Program-made: the position numbers and the translations under genes | Source: Heterodontus francisci | Taxonomy: Eukaryota | Length of the DNA stretch: 64,000 bases | Direction: 5' to 3' | NCBI RefSeq assembly: GCF_036365525.1 | Contig: NC_090389.1 | Location: 54,009,885-54,073,884, forward strand | Shown: positions 12,890 through 24,500 of the stretch, one piece after another | Numbering within the stretch: the stretch's first letter is position 1 | Layout of the letters: the number at the start of each line of letters is the position of its first letter | The notes under the pieces: generated by a model | The model's input: only the letters and a program-made list of their open reading frames with translations | Told to the model about the DNA's origin: nothing | The model's database searches: none

Positions 12890-13600
12890 CTCCATTCCCA
12901 GCTCTGGCCACTGAGTAAGGTTCAGCTAGACTGTTAGCAACCTGAGCTTGAGCTGAGGTTTCAATCATATATATCTATCACAAGGACTGCCTACTCCCAC
13001 CTCTGTAATGTTCTCCATCTTGAACCTTACTTCAAGCCATGTGCTGCTGAAGACCTCTTTCATGCCTTTGGCACCTTCAGACTTAACTATTTAAATGTTC
13101 TTTTGCCCTCCCATTCTCCATCTTTCATAAATCAGCTCATCCAAAACTCTGCTACCCATCTTCTAACCCACATGGTGCCACTCTCACATCTCACCCCTGT
13201 CCTCACTGACCGACATTGGCTTCCAGCCCCCCAACACATCAAATTAAAAATGTTCAGCCGCTTGTTTAAATTCCTTCATGGCCTAATTCCTCCCTATCTC
13301 TGTAACCTCTTTCTATCCTCCCTGCCGAACTTTCTGTTTCTTTGACTTCATCCTCTTGTGCTTTCCCCTCCCTTTGCTCCACCATTGGTAATTATGCCTT
13401 CAGCAACTGTCCAGGGCCCTCTGACTGGAATTCCCTCACCCCTCCGTCTTCCTCTTCTTTTAACATCTTGCTTAGATTCCTTCTTCTTTGGTCAAGCTTT
13501 TGATTATCACTATTAACATCACTTTGGTACTTTCCTTGCACCTCTAAAGTGACTTGGGACATTTTTCAGCAGTAAAGGTGCTATAAAATGTTATTGTTGT
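12890..13600 (+). mobile_element. Old L2 LINE 3' fragment
   Basis: QLIQNSATHLL..HLTPVLTDRHWLP motif and L2-like tail GGTGCTATAAAATGTTATTGTTGT. Confidence 0.7.
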
Positions 13601-13909
13601 AAGGTGGAAATATTGAACATCACATTTCCATCTTGTGCCTCACAGCATACCAAATAGCAATGGCCCAAACTCATTTAAATAATACCTTGTCAGCCATGCA
13701 GAGAGCTCCTTCACCTCCTCAGACTGAGCTGTATAAGCCACAGATCCAGAAGTCAAAAGGAAGTGTGCTAATTCAGTGGCATCCAGGGTCTTCTGAGTTG
13801 TCATCATTCTTCTTAATGGATTTTGTTGTTTGGTCTGCTTTTTTAAGTCTGCTTGAAGCAGATATAAATTAAACATTATCAGTTTAATTTTTTCCACTTA
13901 CATTTTTAG

Positions 13910-14036
13910 GATGACTGATGAAGCAAGAACTCTTTTTAGTGAGCTTGGAAGCTCTTTAGTTCATAATGTGCAGTTTCGGGACAACTGGGTTTTTGTTGGA
14001 GCAAAACCAATTAAGGAGAAAAGTCCATTTGAACAG
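13910..14036 (+). CDS. FAM3D: FAM3-family coding exon (127 bp)
   Basis: catttttag|G ATG ... GAA CAG|gtatga. Encodes [42 protein letters not shown]. Confidence 0.93.
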
Positions 14037-14263
14037 GTATGAACAAAGAATATTATTCCAAACCAAGTTAATTAATCTGATCCAATATATGCATGCTGAT
14101 GTTTTGTATACAATTGGCTTGTATACAGGTGGATTGAATGCTGATAGTTTGTGTACGTGGCAGCACAGTGGTATACAGTCGGGAGGGTGTTGTCCTGGGA
14201 GTCCTCAACATTGATTCCAGATCCCATGAAGTCTCATGGCATCAGGTCAAACATTAGCAAGGA

Positions 14264-14498
14264 CACCTCCTGCTGATTGCCACCTACCACCCTCCCTCAG
14301 CTGATGAATCAGGACTCGTCCATTTTGAACACCACTTGGAAGAAGTATTGACGGTAGCAAGGGCACAGAATGTACTCTGGGTGGGGGACTTCAATGCCCG
14401 TCACCAAGAGTGATTTGGTAGCATCACTATGACCAAGCTGGCCGAGTCCTGAAGGACATAGCAGCTAGACTGGGCCTGTGGCAGGTGGTGAGGGAACT
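14264..14498 (+). repeat. 235-bp direct repeat (TSD of the RTE insertion), copy 1; copy 2 at 16411-16645
   Basis: Aligned by eye: 5 substitutions, no indels. Confidence 0.92.
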
Positions 14499-16410
14499 TT
14501 TTTCTTTGGCCTCCTTATCCCGAGACACAATGGGTAAGTGCCTGGAGGTGGTCAGTGGTGTGTGGAGCAGCGCCTGGAGTGGCTATAAAGGCCAATTCTA
14601 GAGTGACAGGCTCTTCCACAGGTGCTACAGAAAAATTTGTCTGTCGGGGCTGTTACACAGTTGGCTCTCCCCTTGCGCCTCTGTCTTTTTTCCTGCCAAC
14701 TACTAAGTCTCTTCAACTCGCCACACTTTAGCCCTGCCTTTATGGCTGCCCACCAGCTCTGGCGGACGCTGGCAACTGACTCCCACGACTTGTGATCAAT
14801 GTCACAGGACTTCATGTCGCCTTTGCAGACGTCTTTAGAGCGGAGACATGGACAGCCGGTGGGTCTGATACCAGTGGCAAGCTCGCTGTACAATGTGTCT
14901 TTGGGGATCCTGCCATCTTTCATGCAGCTCACATGGCCAAGCCATCTCAAGCGCCACTGACTCAGTAGTGTGTATAAGCTGGCGATGTTGGCTGCCTCGA
15001 GGACTTCTGAGTTGGAGATACGGTCCTGCCACCTGATGCCAAGTATTCTCCGGAGGCAGCGAAGATGGAATGAATTGAGACGTCGCTCTTGGCCGACATA
15101 CGTTGTCCAGGCCTCGCTGCCATAGAGCAAGGTACTGAGGACACAGGCCTGATACACTCGGACTTGTGTGTTCCGTGTCAGTGCGCCATTTTCCCACACT
15201 CTCTTGGCCAGTCTGGACATAGCAGTGGAAGCCTTTCCCATGCGCTTGTTGATTTCTGCATCTAGAGACAGGTTACTGGTGATAGTTGAGCCTAGGTAAG
15301 TGAACTCTTGAACCAGTTCCAGAGCGTGGTCGCCAATATTGATGGTTGGAGGATTTCTGACGTCCTGCCCCATGATGTTCGTTTTCTTGAGGCTGATGGT
15401 TAGGCCAAATTCATTGCAGGCAGCCGCAAACCTGTCGATGAGACTCTGCAGGCACTCTTCAGTGTGAGATGTTAAAGCAGCATCGTCAGCAAAGAGGAGT
15501 TCCCTGATGAAGACTTTCCGTACTTTGGACTTCGCTCTTAGACGGGCAAGGTTGAACAACCTGCCCCCTGATCTTGTGTGGAGGAAAATTCCTTCTTCAG
15601 AGGACTTGAACGCATGTGAAAGCAGCAGGGAGAAGAAAATCCCAAAAAGTGTGGGTGCGAGAACACAGCCCTGTTTCACGCCACTCAGGATAGGAAAGGG
15701 CTCTGATGAGGAGCCACCATGTTGAATTGTGCCTTTCATATTGTCATGGAATGAGGTGATGATACTTAGTAGCTTTGGTGGACATCCAATCTTTTCTAGC
15801 AGTCTGAAGAGACCACGCCTGCTGACGAGGTCAAAGGCTTTGGTGAGATCAATGAAAGCAACGTAGAGGGGCATCTGTTGTTCGGGGCATTTCTCCTGTA
15901 TCTGACGAAGGGAGAACAGCATGTCAACAGTCGATCTCTCTGCACGAAAGCCACACTGTGCCTCAGGGTAGATGTGCTCGGCCAGCTTCTGGAGCCTGTT
16001 TAGAGCGACTCGAGCAAAGACTTTCCCCACTATGCTGAGCAGGGAGATTCCACGGAAGTTGTTGCAGTCACCGCGGTCACCTTTGTTTTTATAGAGGGTG
16101 ATGATATTGCACATGTCCTGAGGTACTGCTCCCTCGTCCCAGCACAGGCATAGCAGTTCATGTAGTGCTGAGAGTATAGCAGGCTTGGCACTCTTGATTA
16201 TTTCAGGGGTAATGCTGTCCTTCCCGGGGGCTTTTCCGCTGGCTAGAGAATCAATGGCATCACTGAGTTCCGATTTTGTTGGCTGTATGTCCAGCTCATC
16301 CATGACTGGTAGAGGCTGGGCTGCATTGAGGGCAGTCTCAGTGACAACATTCTCCCTGGAGTACAGTTCTAGGTAGTGCTCAACCCAGCGGTCCATTTGT
16401 TTGCATTGGT
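14499..16410 (-). mobile_element. Young 5'-truncated RTE-clade LINE
   Basis: 614-aa open frame, short 3' UTR ending GAGGCCAAAGAAAAAA, flanked by a 235-bp direct duplication. Confidence 0.92.
14552..16396 (-). CDS. RTE LINE reverse transcriptase ORF (N-terminally truncated) with C-terminal zinc finger
   Basis: GKAPGKD, RGISLLS, QCGFR, FIDLTKAFD, GVKQGCVLAP, LLFADD, YLGS, YGSEAW and CSTCGRACHSRIGLYSH. Confidence 0.85.
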   Translation of the reverse strand: MDRWVEHYLELYSRENVVTETALNAAQPLPVMDELDIQPTKSELSDAIDSLASGKAPGKDSITPEIIKSAKPAILSALHELLCLCWDEGAVPQDMCNIITLYKNKGDRGDCNNFRGISLLSIVGKVFARVALNRLQKLAEHIYPEAQCGFRAERSTVDMLFSLRQIQEKCPEQQMPLYVAFIDLTKAFDLVSRRGLFRLLEKIGCPPKLLSIITSFHDNMKGTIQHGGSSSEPFPILSGVKQGCVLAPTLFGIFFSLLLSHAFKSSEEGIFLHTRSGGRLFNLARLRAKSKVRKVFIRELLFADDAALTSHTEECLQSLIDRFAAACNEFGLTISLKKTNIMGQDVRNPPTINIGDHALELVQEFTYLGSTITSNLSLDAEINKRMGKASTAMSRLAKRVWENGALTRNTQVRVYQACVLSTLLYGSEAWTTYVGQERRLNSFHLRCLRRILGIRWQDRISNSEVLEAANIASLYTLLSQWRLRWLGHVSCMKDGRIPKDTLYSELATGIRPTGCPCLRSKDVCKGDMKSCDIDHKSWESVASVRQSWWAAIKAGLKCGELKRLSSWQEKRQRRKGRANCVTAPTDKFFCSTCGRACHSRIGLYSHSRRCSTHH

Positions 16411-16745
16411 CACCTCCTGCTGATTACCACCTACCACCCTCCCTCGGCTGATGAATCAGGACTCGTCCATTTTGAACACCACTTGGAAGAAGCACTGACG
16501 GTAGCAAGGGCACAGAATGTACTCTGGGTGGGGGACTTCAATGCCCATCACCAAGAGTGATTTGGTAGCATCACTATGACCAAGCTGGCCGAGTCCTGAA
16601 GGACATAGCAGCTAGACTGGGCCTGTGGCAGGTGGTGAGGGAACTAACAAGAGGGAAAAACCTGCTTGATCTTGTCCTCACCAATCTACCTGCCACAGAT
16701 GCATCTATCCATGACAGTATTAGTAGGAGTGACCACTGCACAGTC

Positions 16746-17477
16746 ATAGAGTCATTGAGTCATACAGCACAGAAATTGTCCCTTCGGCCCATCGTTTCTG
16801 TGCCAGCCATCAAGCACCTACCTATTCTAATACCATTTTCCCGCACCTGGCCCATAGCCTTGTATGCTATGGTGTTTCAAGTGCTCATCTAAATACTTCT
16901 TAAATGTTGTGATGGTTCCTGCCTCTACCACCTCTTCATGCAGTGCGTTCCAGATTCCAACCACCCTCTAGGTATATTTCCCTACCACCTACCTATACTA
17001 GTGGCAATTTATAATGGCCAATTTACCTACCAACCTGCAAGTCTTTTGGCTTGTGGGAGGAAACCGGAGCACCCAGAGAAAACCCACACAGACACAGGGA
17101 GAACTTGCAAACTCCACACAGGCAGTACCCAGAATTGAACCCGGGTCGCTGGAGCTGTGAGGCTGCGGTGCTAACCACTGCGCCACTGTGCCGTCCCACT
17201 TCCTCTCTTTCAATACTAATATGTTGAAGTATATCACAGTCCCCCTCCCTGATCTCGTCCTTCTCCATAGTGAACACGGATGAAAAATAATCATTTAAAA
17301 CCTCACCTATATCCTCCGGCTCCACACACAGATTGCCACTTTCGTCGCTAATGGCCCCTACACTTTCCCTGCTTATCCTCTTGCCCTTAATATACTTATA
17401 AAATGCCTTAGGATTTTCCGTTATTATTGCCCGCCAGTGTTTTTTCATGTCCCCTCTTCACTCTCATTACTTTTTTA
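16746..17477 (-). mobile_element. Composite insertion: CR1 ORF2 segment, V-SINE 5' part (16973-17196) and CR1 3' end
   Basis: NPKAFYKYIKGKR..LNDYFSSVFT, then a tailless SINE, then a CR1 tail ending (GACTCTAT). Flanked by AGTC/AGTC. Confidence 0.75.
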
Positions 17478-18813
17478 AGTCCTTGTGGAGAGTATCTCAG
17501 GAGTCATGAATGGTACTGAACACTGTGCAATCATCTGACCTTATTATGGAAGGTAGGTCATTGATGAAGCAGTTGAAGATGGTTGGGTCTAGGACACTAC
17601 TGAGGAACTGCTGCAGTGATATCCTGGGGCAGAGATGTTTGGCCTTCACTACCACCATGCTAAATTGGATAGATTTAATAGAAAAGATCTTGCAGCTCAA
17701 AACTGGGCATCAATGAGGCGCATTTAACCATCGGCAGCAGCAGCATTGTATTCAACCACTATCTGTAACCTCATGGCCCAGCATATCACTCATTCTACCA
17801 TTACCATCTAACCAGGGGACTAACCCTGGTTCAATGACGAGTGCAGGAGAGCATGCCAGGCACAGCACCAGACATACCTAAAACTGAGGTGCCAAGCTGG
17901 TGAAGCTACAACACAGGACTACATGCATGCTTAACAGTGAAAGTAGCATGTGATAGATAGAGCTAAGCAATCCCACAACCAACGGATCAGATCAAAACTC
18001 TGCAGTCCTGCCGGATCCAGTTGTGAATGGTGGTGAGCAATTAAACAACTAACCAGAGGAGAAGGGTCCACAAATATCCCCATACTCAATGATGGGGAAG
18101 CCTAGTACTTCAGTGCAAAAAACTAGGCTAAAGCATTTGCAACTATCTTCAGCCAGAAGCACCATGTGGATGATCCATCTCAGCCTTCCTCTGAGGTCCC
18201 CACCATCACAAATGCCAGTTTACAGCCAATTTGATTCACTCCATGTAATATCAAGAAACGGCTGGATACAGCAAAGGTTATGGGTCCAGACAACATCCTG
18301 GCAGTAGTACTGGAGACGTGCTCGTTGCACAACCTAGTTGCAATCCCAGCCAAGCTGTTCCAGTACAGCTACAACACTGGCATCTACCTGGCAATGTGGA
18401 AAATTACCCAGGTAGGTCCTGCTCACAAAAAGCAGGACAAATCCAATCCGACCAATTACTGCCCCATCAGTCTACTCTCGATCATCAGCAAAGTGATGGA
18501 TGGTATCATCTACAGTGCTATCAAGCAGCATTTACACAGCAATAACCTATTCACCGATGCTCAGTTTGGGTTCCGGCAGGGCCACTCAGCTCCTTGGGTT
18601 CCGGCAGGGCCACTCAGCTCCAGACCTCATTGCCGCCTTGGTCCAGGCATGGGCAAAAGAGCTGAATTCAAGAGGTAAGGCGAGTGTGACTGTCCTTGAC
18701 ATCATGGCAGCATTTGACAGAGTGTGGCACCAAGGAATCCTAGCAATATTGAAGTCAATGGGAATCAGTTGGACTCATACCTAGTACAAAAAATGATGGT
18801 TATGGTTGTTGGA

Positions 18814-19167
18814 GTTTAGTTTAGTTTAGAGATACAGCACTGAAACAGGCCCTTCAGCCCACCGAGTCTGTGCCGACCATCGACCACCCATTTATACTAA
18901 TCCTACACTAATCCCATATTCCTACCACATCCCCACCTGTCCCTATATTTCCCTACCACCTACCTATACTAGGGGCAATTTATAATGGCCAATTTACCTA
19001 CCAACCTGCAAGTCTTTTGGCTTGTGGGAGGAAACCGGAGCACCCGGAGAAAACCCACGCAGACACAGGGAGAACTTGCAAATTCTACACAGGCAGTACC
19101 CAGAATTGAACCCGGGTCGCTGGAGCTGTGAGGCTGCGGTGCTAACCACTGTGCCACTGTGCCGCCC
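18814..19167 (-). mobile_element. V-SINE (HE1-like)
   Basis: Full copy with a (CTAAA)n tail. Confidence 0.9.
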
Positions 19168-19896
19168 ACATCTCAGACTAAACATCTCAGCCCCAGGATA
19201 TCACTGCAGCAGTTCCTCAGTAGTGTCCTAGGCCCAACCATCTTCAACTGCTTCATCAATGACTACCCTCCATAATAAGGTCAGATGATTGCACAGTGTT
19301 CAGTACCATTCATGACTCCTGAGATACTGAAGAAGTCCGTGTCCACGTGCAGCATGACCTGGACAACATTCAAGCTTGGGCTGATTAGTGACAAGTAACA
19401 TCTGTGCCTCATTTGCCAGGCAATGATCATCTACAACAAAAGAGAATCTAACCATCTCCCCTTGACATTCAATGGTATTACCATATCGTAATCCCCCATC
19501 ATCAACATCCTGGGGGTTACAATTGACCAGATATTTAACTGGACCAGCCTTTTAAATACTGTGGCTACAAGAGCAGATCAGAGGCTGGGGATTACCATGG
19601 CAAGTAACTCACCTCCTGACTTCCCAAAGCCTGCCCACCATCGACAAGGCACAAGTCAGGAGTCTGATGGAATGCTGTTCACTTGCCTGGATGACAGGCA
19701 ACACTCAAGAAGCTCAACACCATCCAGGACAAAGCAGCCGGCTTGATCGACACCCCATCCAGCACCTTAAACATTCACTCCCTCCACCACCGGCGCACAG
19801 TGGCAGCAGTGTGTACCATGCACAAAATGCACTGCAGCAACTCGCCAAGCCTCCTTCAACAACACCTTCCAAACCTGCGACCTCTACCACCTAGAA

Positions 19897-20962
19897 CAGG
19901 GTTGTCCAATAGACAGCCCGATGGCCATGATCCGGCCCGCCAAAGGTTTCCACCCAGCCCACGGATGCAAACTGTACCCAGGGCTGTTCCTCATCTTCCC
20001 CAGGGCTCCGTGACTGGAGATGGGAAATTTCCCTTTGTCTTCTTCTTGCAGAGCGGCCTTTTTCAAAACATCCCGCTGAGTTTCACGGCTCAGCTGCTGA
20101 AGCAGGAACACGCTTCCCAACTTCGACAGCTTCGGGGTTTTCCAATGTTTTTTTAAAAGCCCACCAGAAAACCCCAAATCTGTCCGATGTTGGGAAGCGC
20201 ATTCCTGCTTCAGCAGCTGCCATGAAACTCAGCACGATGTTTTTAAACAAACTGACCGAGCACAAAGCTGCTGTGCTGAGTGTTCCCGCAACTGTCAGAG
20301 AGGGGGACAGAGAGAGATGGGGGGAAACGGGGGACAGAGAGAGAGGGGGGAACAGAGAGAGAGCGGGGGGGAGATGGGGGAACACACAGAGAGAGGGCGA
20401 ACAGAGAGGGAGAGGGGGGGAACAGAGAGAGAGAGAGGGAGGGAACAGAGAGAGGAAAGAGAATGAGTGAGGGGGGAAAACAGAGAGGGAACAGAGAGAG
20501 AGAAAGAGGGAAAACAGAGAGGGGGACAGAGAGAGAGGGAGGACAGGGGGGAGAACACAGAGAGCAAGGACAACACAGAGAGGGGGGGAACGACACAGAG
20601 AGGTGGGAACACAGGGAGACAGAGAGAGAGAGAGAGCAAGATCACTCCTTATTGAAGGATATCTATTCAGAATACTCTGCATCGCTACATCAAGTGTGAG
20701 GGCAGAGATTGACTACTTATGCATGCAAAAACAATGCCAGGTATGTTGCAAAATCAGTTTTCAATACAGTGATGAGAAAGTAAGTCAAGAAATTAGTCTT
20801 CTCATTTAAAGCTTCTTCACAAAAATGTACATTTGTCATTGTTATTATTAGTAAGATAAATTTTTAATGCCTTTATCTTTCGAAATTTGCTCACGGGCCC
20901 CCCTCCCGGGCTGAGCAAAAATCGTATTGCGGCCCTTTGTTCATAAAGGTTGGACAACCCTG
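19897..20962 (+). mobile_element. Non-autonomous hAT (Charlie/Buster-type) DNA transposon
   Basis: 13-bp TIRs CAGGGTTGTCCAA/TTGGACAACCCTG and a perfect 8-bp TSD ACCTAGAA. Remnant RSLL..RILCIATSSVRAEIDYLCMQKQCQV resembles a Buster transposase C-terminus. Confidence 0.9.
20296..20637. repeat. GA-rich low-complexity minisatellite inside the hAT element
   Basis: Degenerate GGGGGAACAGAGAGA units. Confidence 0.9.
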
Positions 20963-21599
20963 ACCTAGAAGGACAAAGGCAGCAGACGCATGGGAACATA
21001 ATCATCTGCAAGTTCTCCTCCAATTCACACATCATCCTGACTTGGATGTTCCTTCACTGTCACTGGGTTAAAAACCTGGAACTCCCTTCCGAGCAACACT
21101 GTGGATGTACCTACAGCACATGGACTGCAGCGGTCCAAAAAGGGGGCTGACCACCTTCTCAAGAGCAATTAGGGATGGACAATCGCATCCCATGAGAGAA
21201 TAAAAAAACAGTATTCACGATTTGAGTGCTGATGGTTATGTACTGGTGGTGTTTAACAGTTTGTTCTTTGCTCTTTTCAACCTTGTCATGCTTGCAATTA
21301 TTTTTATGAAGCTACATTAAACAAAGCAAAATTCAAGTATTGTAGAATCATAGGGCATCTTTTGCTAGCTTAAGGCCTAGAAATTCAGACCCGCCACTTT
21401 TGGGAACAATCTTTGTGCCTGAATAGTGAGGACCATGTGTTTAGATATTGGGTCTTGCGCCTCATTTCCATCAAACTTGTGAGCTGCAAAGAGTAACAAG
21501 CAGTCTGCCAGCTAAGCAAGATTGAAGATTGGGCCATTGCCGGCATTGCATTTACCCTCAGATAAACAAGGAAGTGGGGTGGGGGGAAGCAGCAATTGG

Positions 21600-24500
21600 T
21601 TTGGGGGTTAGAAGTTGTGGACAGGTGAGAAGAAATAAGAAAGGATGGGGAGGGGTGGTCGGCAGTGGATAGAGTGGATAGCACGTTTTGGGAGGTGGTC
21701 ACATCAGAGGTTAAGAATGCTCAGGCAGAGAGGGAATGGATGACTTCCAGGCAGTCTAAGAGAACCAGGCAGGTAGTGCAGGAGTCTCCTGAATTGATCT
21801 CACTTGCTAACCGGTTTTCCATTTTGGATACTGGTGAGGGCAAGGGTTCCTCAGAGGAGTGCAGCAAGAGCCAAGTCTGTGGCACCACGGGTGACTCAGC
21901 TGCACAGGAGAGGAGGAAGAAGAGTGGAAGGACAATAGTGATAGGGGATTTGTTAGTTAGAGGAACAGACAGGCGTTTCTGCAGCCATGGACGTGACACC
22001 AGGATGGTATGTTGCCTCCCCAGTGCAGGATGGTATGTTACCTCCCCGGTGCCAGGGTCAAGGATGTCACGGAGCGGCTGCAGGACATTCTTCTAGGGGA
22101 GGGTGAACAGCCAGCGATTGTGGTCCAGACTGGTACCAACAACATAGGTAAGAAGAGGGATGAGTTCCTGAAAGCAGAGTTTAAGGCGTTAGGAAAGAAA
22201 TTAAAAAGTAGGACCTCAAAAGCAGTAATCTCAGGATTACTCCCAGTGCCACATATCAGTGAGCATAGTCATAGGAGGAGTAAGCAAGTTAATACATGGC
22301 TGGAGAATTGGTGCAGGATGGAGGGCATCAGATATCTGAGGCATTCGGATCTGTTCTGGGGTAGGTGGGACCTGTACAAGAAGGACAAGTTTCTTCTTAT
22401 CAGGACCTGGACTAGCATCCTCACAGGGATAATTGCTAGTGCTGTCGGGGAGGGTTTAAACTAAATTTTCAGGGGGTTGGGAAACTAAGAGGGAGCTCAG
22501 ATTGGAGGGAAGTAAAACTGGTAACAGGAAGTAGAGAAGTAGTAAGCAAAACTGGTAGGCAGATGAAGGCAAACACCAAGTATGATCGGAATGGGGAATA
22601 TTGTTAAAATGAACAAGTTAAGGGTACTCTATCTGAATGCACGCAGCATTCACAGTAAGATGATTTGAAATCACAAATAGCGGTAAATAGGTATGACTTA
22701 AATAGGTATGATAAATAGGTAAATAGGTATGAGTGTCCTCAGCACCTTGCTCTATGGCAGCGAGGCCTGGACAACATATGTCAGCCAAGAGCGACGTCTC
22801 AATTCATTCCATCTTCGCTGCCTCCGGAGAATACTTGGCATCAGGTGGCAGGACCGTATCTCCAACACAGAAGTCCTCGAGGCGGCCAACATCCCCAGCT
22901 TGTACACACTACTGAGTCAGCGGCGCTTGAGATGGCTTGGCCATGTGAGCCGCATGGAAGATGGCAGGATCCCCAAAGACACGTTGTACAGCGAGCTCGC
23001 CACTGGTATCAGACCCACCGGCCGTCCATGTCTCCGCTTTAAAGACGTCTGCAAACGCGACATGAAATCCTGTGACATTGATCACAAGTCGTGGGAGTCA
23101 GTTGCCAGCGTTCGCCAGAGCTGGCGGGCAGCCATAAAGACAGGGCTAAAATGTGGCGAGTCGAAGAGACTTAGCAGTTGGCAGGAAAAAAGACAGAGGC
23201 GCAAGGGGAGAGCCAACTGTGCAACAGCCTCGACAAACAAATTTCTCTGCAGCACCTGTGGAAGAGCCTGTCACTCTAGAATTGACCTTTATAGCCACTC
23301 CAGGCGCTGCTTCACAAACCACTGACCACCTCCAGGCACATATCCATTGTCTCTCGAGATAAGGAGGCCCAAAAGAAAAGAATTGCCATTACAGAAACGT
23401 GGTTACAGGGTGACCAGAACTGGGAACTGAATATTCAGAGATATTCGTCATTTAAGAGGGATAGGTGGAGAGGAAATGGCAGTGGGGTACCGCTGTTAAT
23501 AAGGGATGAGATCAGTACATTAGTGAGAGAGGATCTTAGATCACAGGAACAAAATGTAAAATCATTTTGGCTGAAGCTAAGGAACAGCAAGGGGCAGCAA
23601 ACTTTGGTGGGATTTATTTGTAGGCCACCAAACTGGATTGGTAATGTTGGGCACGATATATATCAGGAAATATAGTAATAATGGGTGACTTCAATTTACA
23701 TATAGATTGGGCAAAGCTAGTTAGCCACTAATGCTGTGGAGGATGAATTCCTGGAGTGTCTACAAGATGGGTTTCTGGAGCAGTACTTTGAAGAACCAAC
23801 TAGGGATCGGGCTATTTTAGATTTAGTATTATATGATGTGAAAGGGCTAATTAACAACTTTGCTGTAAAGGAGCCATTGGGAAATAGTGACCACAATATG
23901 TTGGAATTCTACATTAAGTTTGAAAGAGTTATAGTTTATTCTGAAACTAGGGTCTTAAATCTGAACAAAGGAAATTGAGGGTATGAGGAGCAAGGTGGCT
24001 ATGGTGGATTGGGAAAATACATTAAAAGATTTGAAGGTAGACAGGCAATGGTTAGTATTTAAATAATTATTATACGGTTTACAACAAATATACATTGCTC
24101 TAAGACACAAAAATCCAACAAGAAAGATGAATCAACCATGGCTAACAAAGGAAGTTAAGGATTGCAGTAGGTCAAAGGAGGTGCTTATAAGGTCGCCAAA
24201 AAACTGGTAAGCCCAAGGATTGGGAGCAACTTAGAGTCCAACAAAGGAATGCCAAAAAACTGTTAAAGGGAAAAGAGATTGTGAATGTAAGCTAGCTAGA
24301 AATGTAAAGGCAGACTGTAAAAGCTTCTTTAGGTATGTGAAAAGCAAACAATTAACAAGGATGAATGTGGGTCCATTGCAGGCGGAGACAGGAGAGTTGG
24401 TGGTGGAGAATGAGGAAATGGTGGAGAGGCTAAACAATTACTTTGTGGCTGGCTTCATGGGGAAAGACACAGAAAATCCCCCAGAACTACGAGGGAACCA

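Larger units (their letters stand above)
14150..21210 (+). mobile_element. Long CR1-group LINE (second family), heavily nested
   Basis: EN motifs (VGDFNA, LDLVLTN), RT motifs (NYCPISLLSIISK, QFGFRQG, AAFDRVWH) and C-terminal HSLHHRRTVAAVC. Hosts RTE, SINE, CR1 and hAT insertions. Confidence 0.8.

Noticed and set aside
18566-18621. 28-bp tandem duplication (a similar one lies near 22001-22052)
   Set aside because: Ordinary slippage duplications in dead LINEs; two units with no spacers, so not CRISPR-like.
20083-20699. Several 100-200 aa ORFs rich in E/R/G or S/L/P
   Set aside because: They are translations of the GA-rich minisatellite, which lacks stops by composition.
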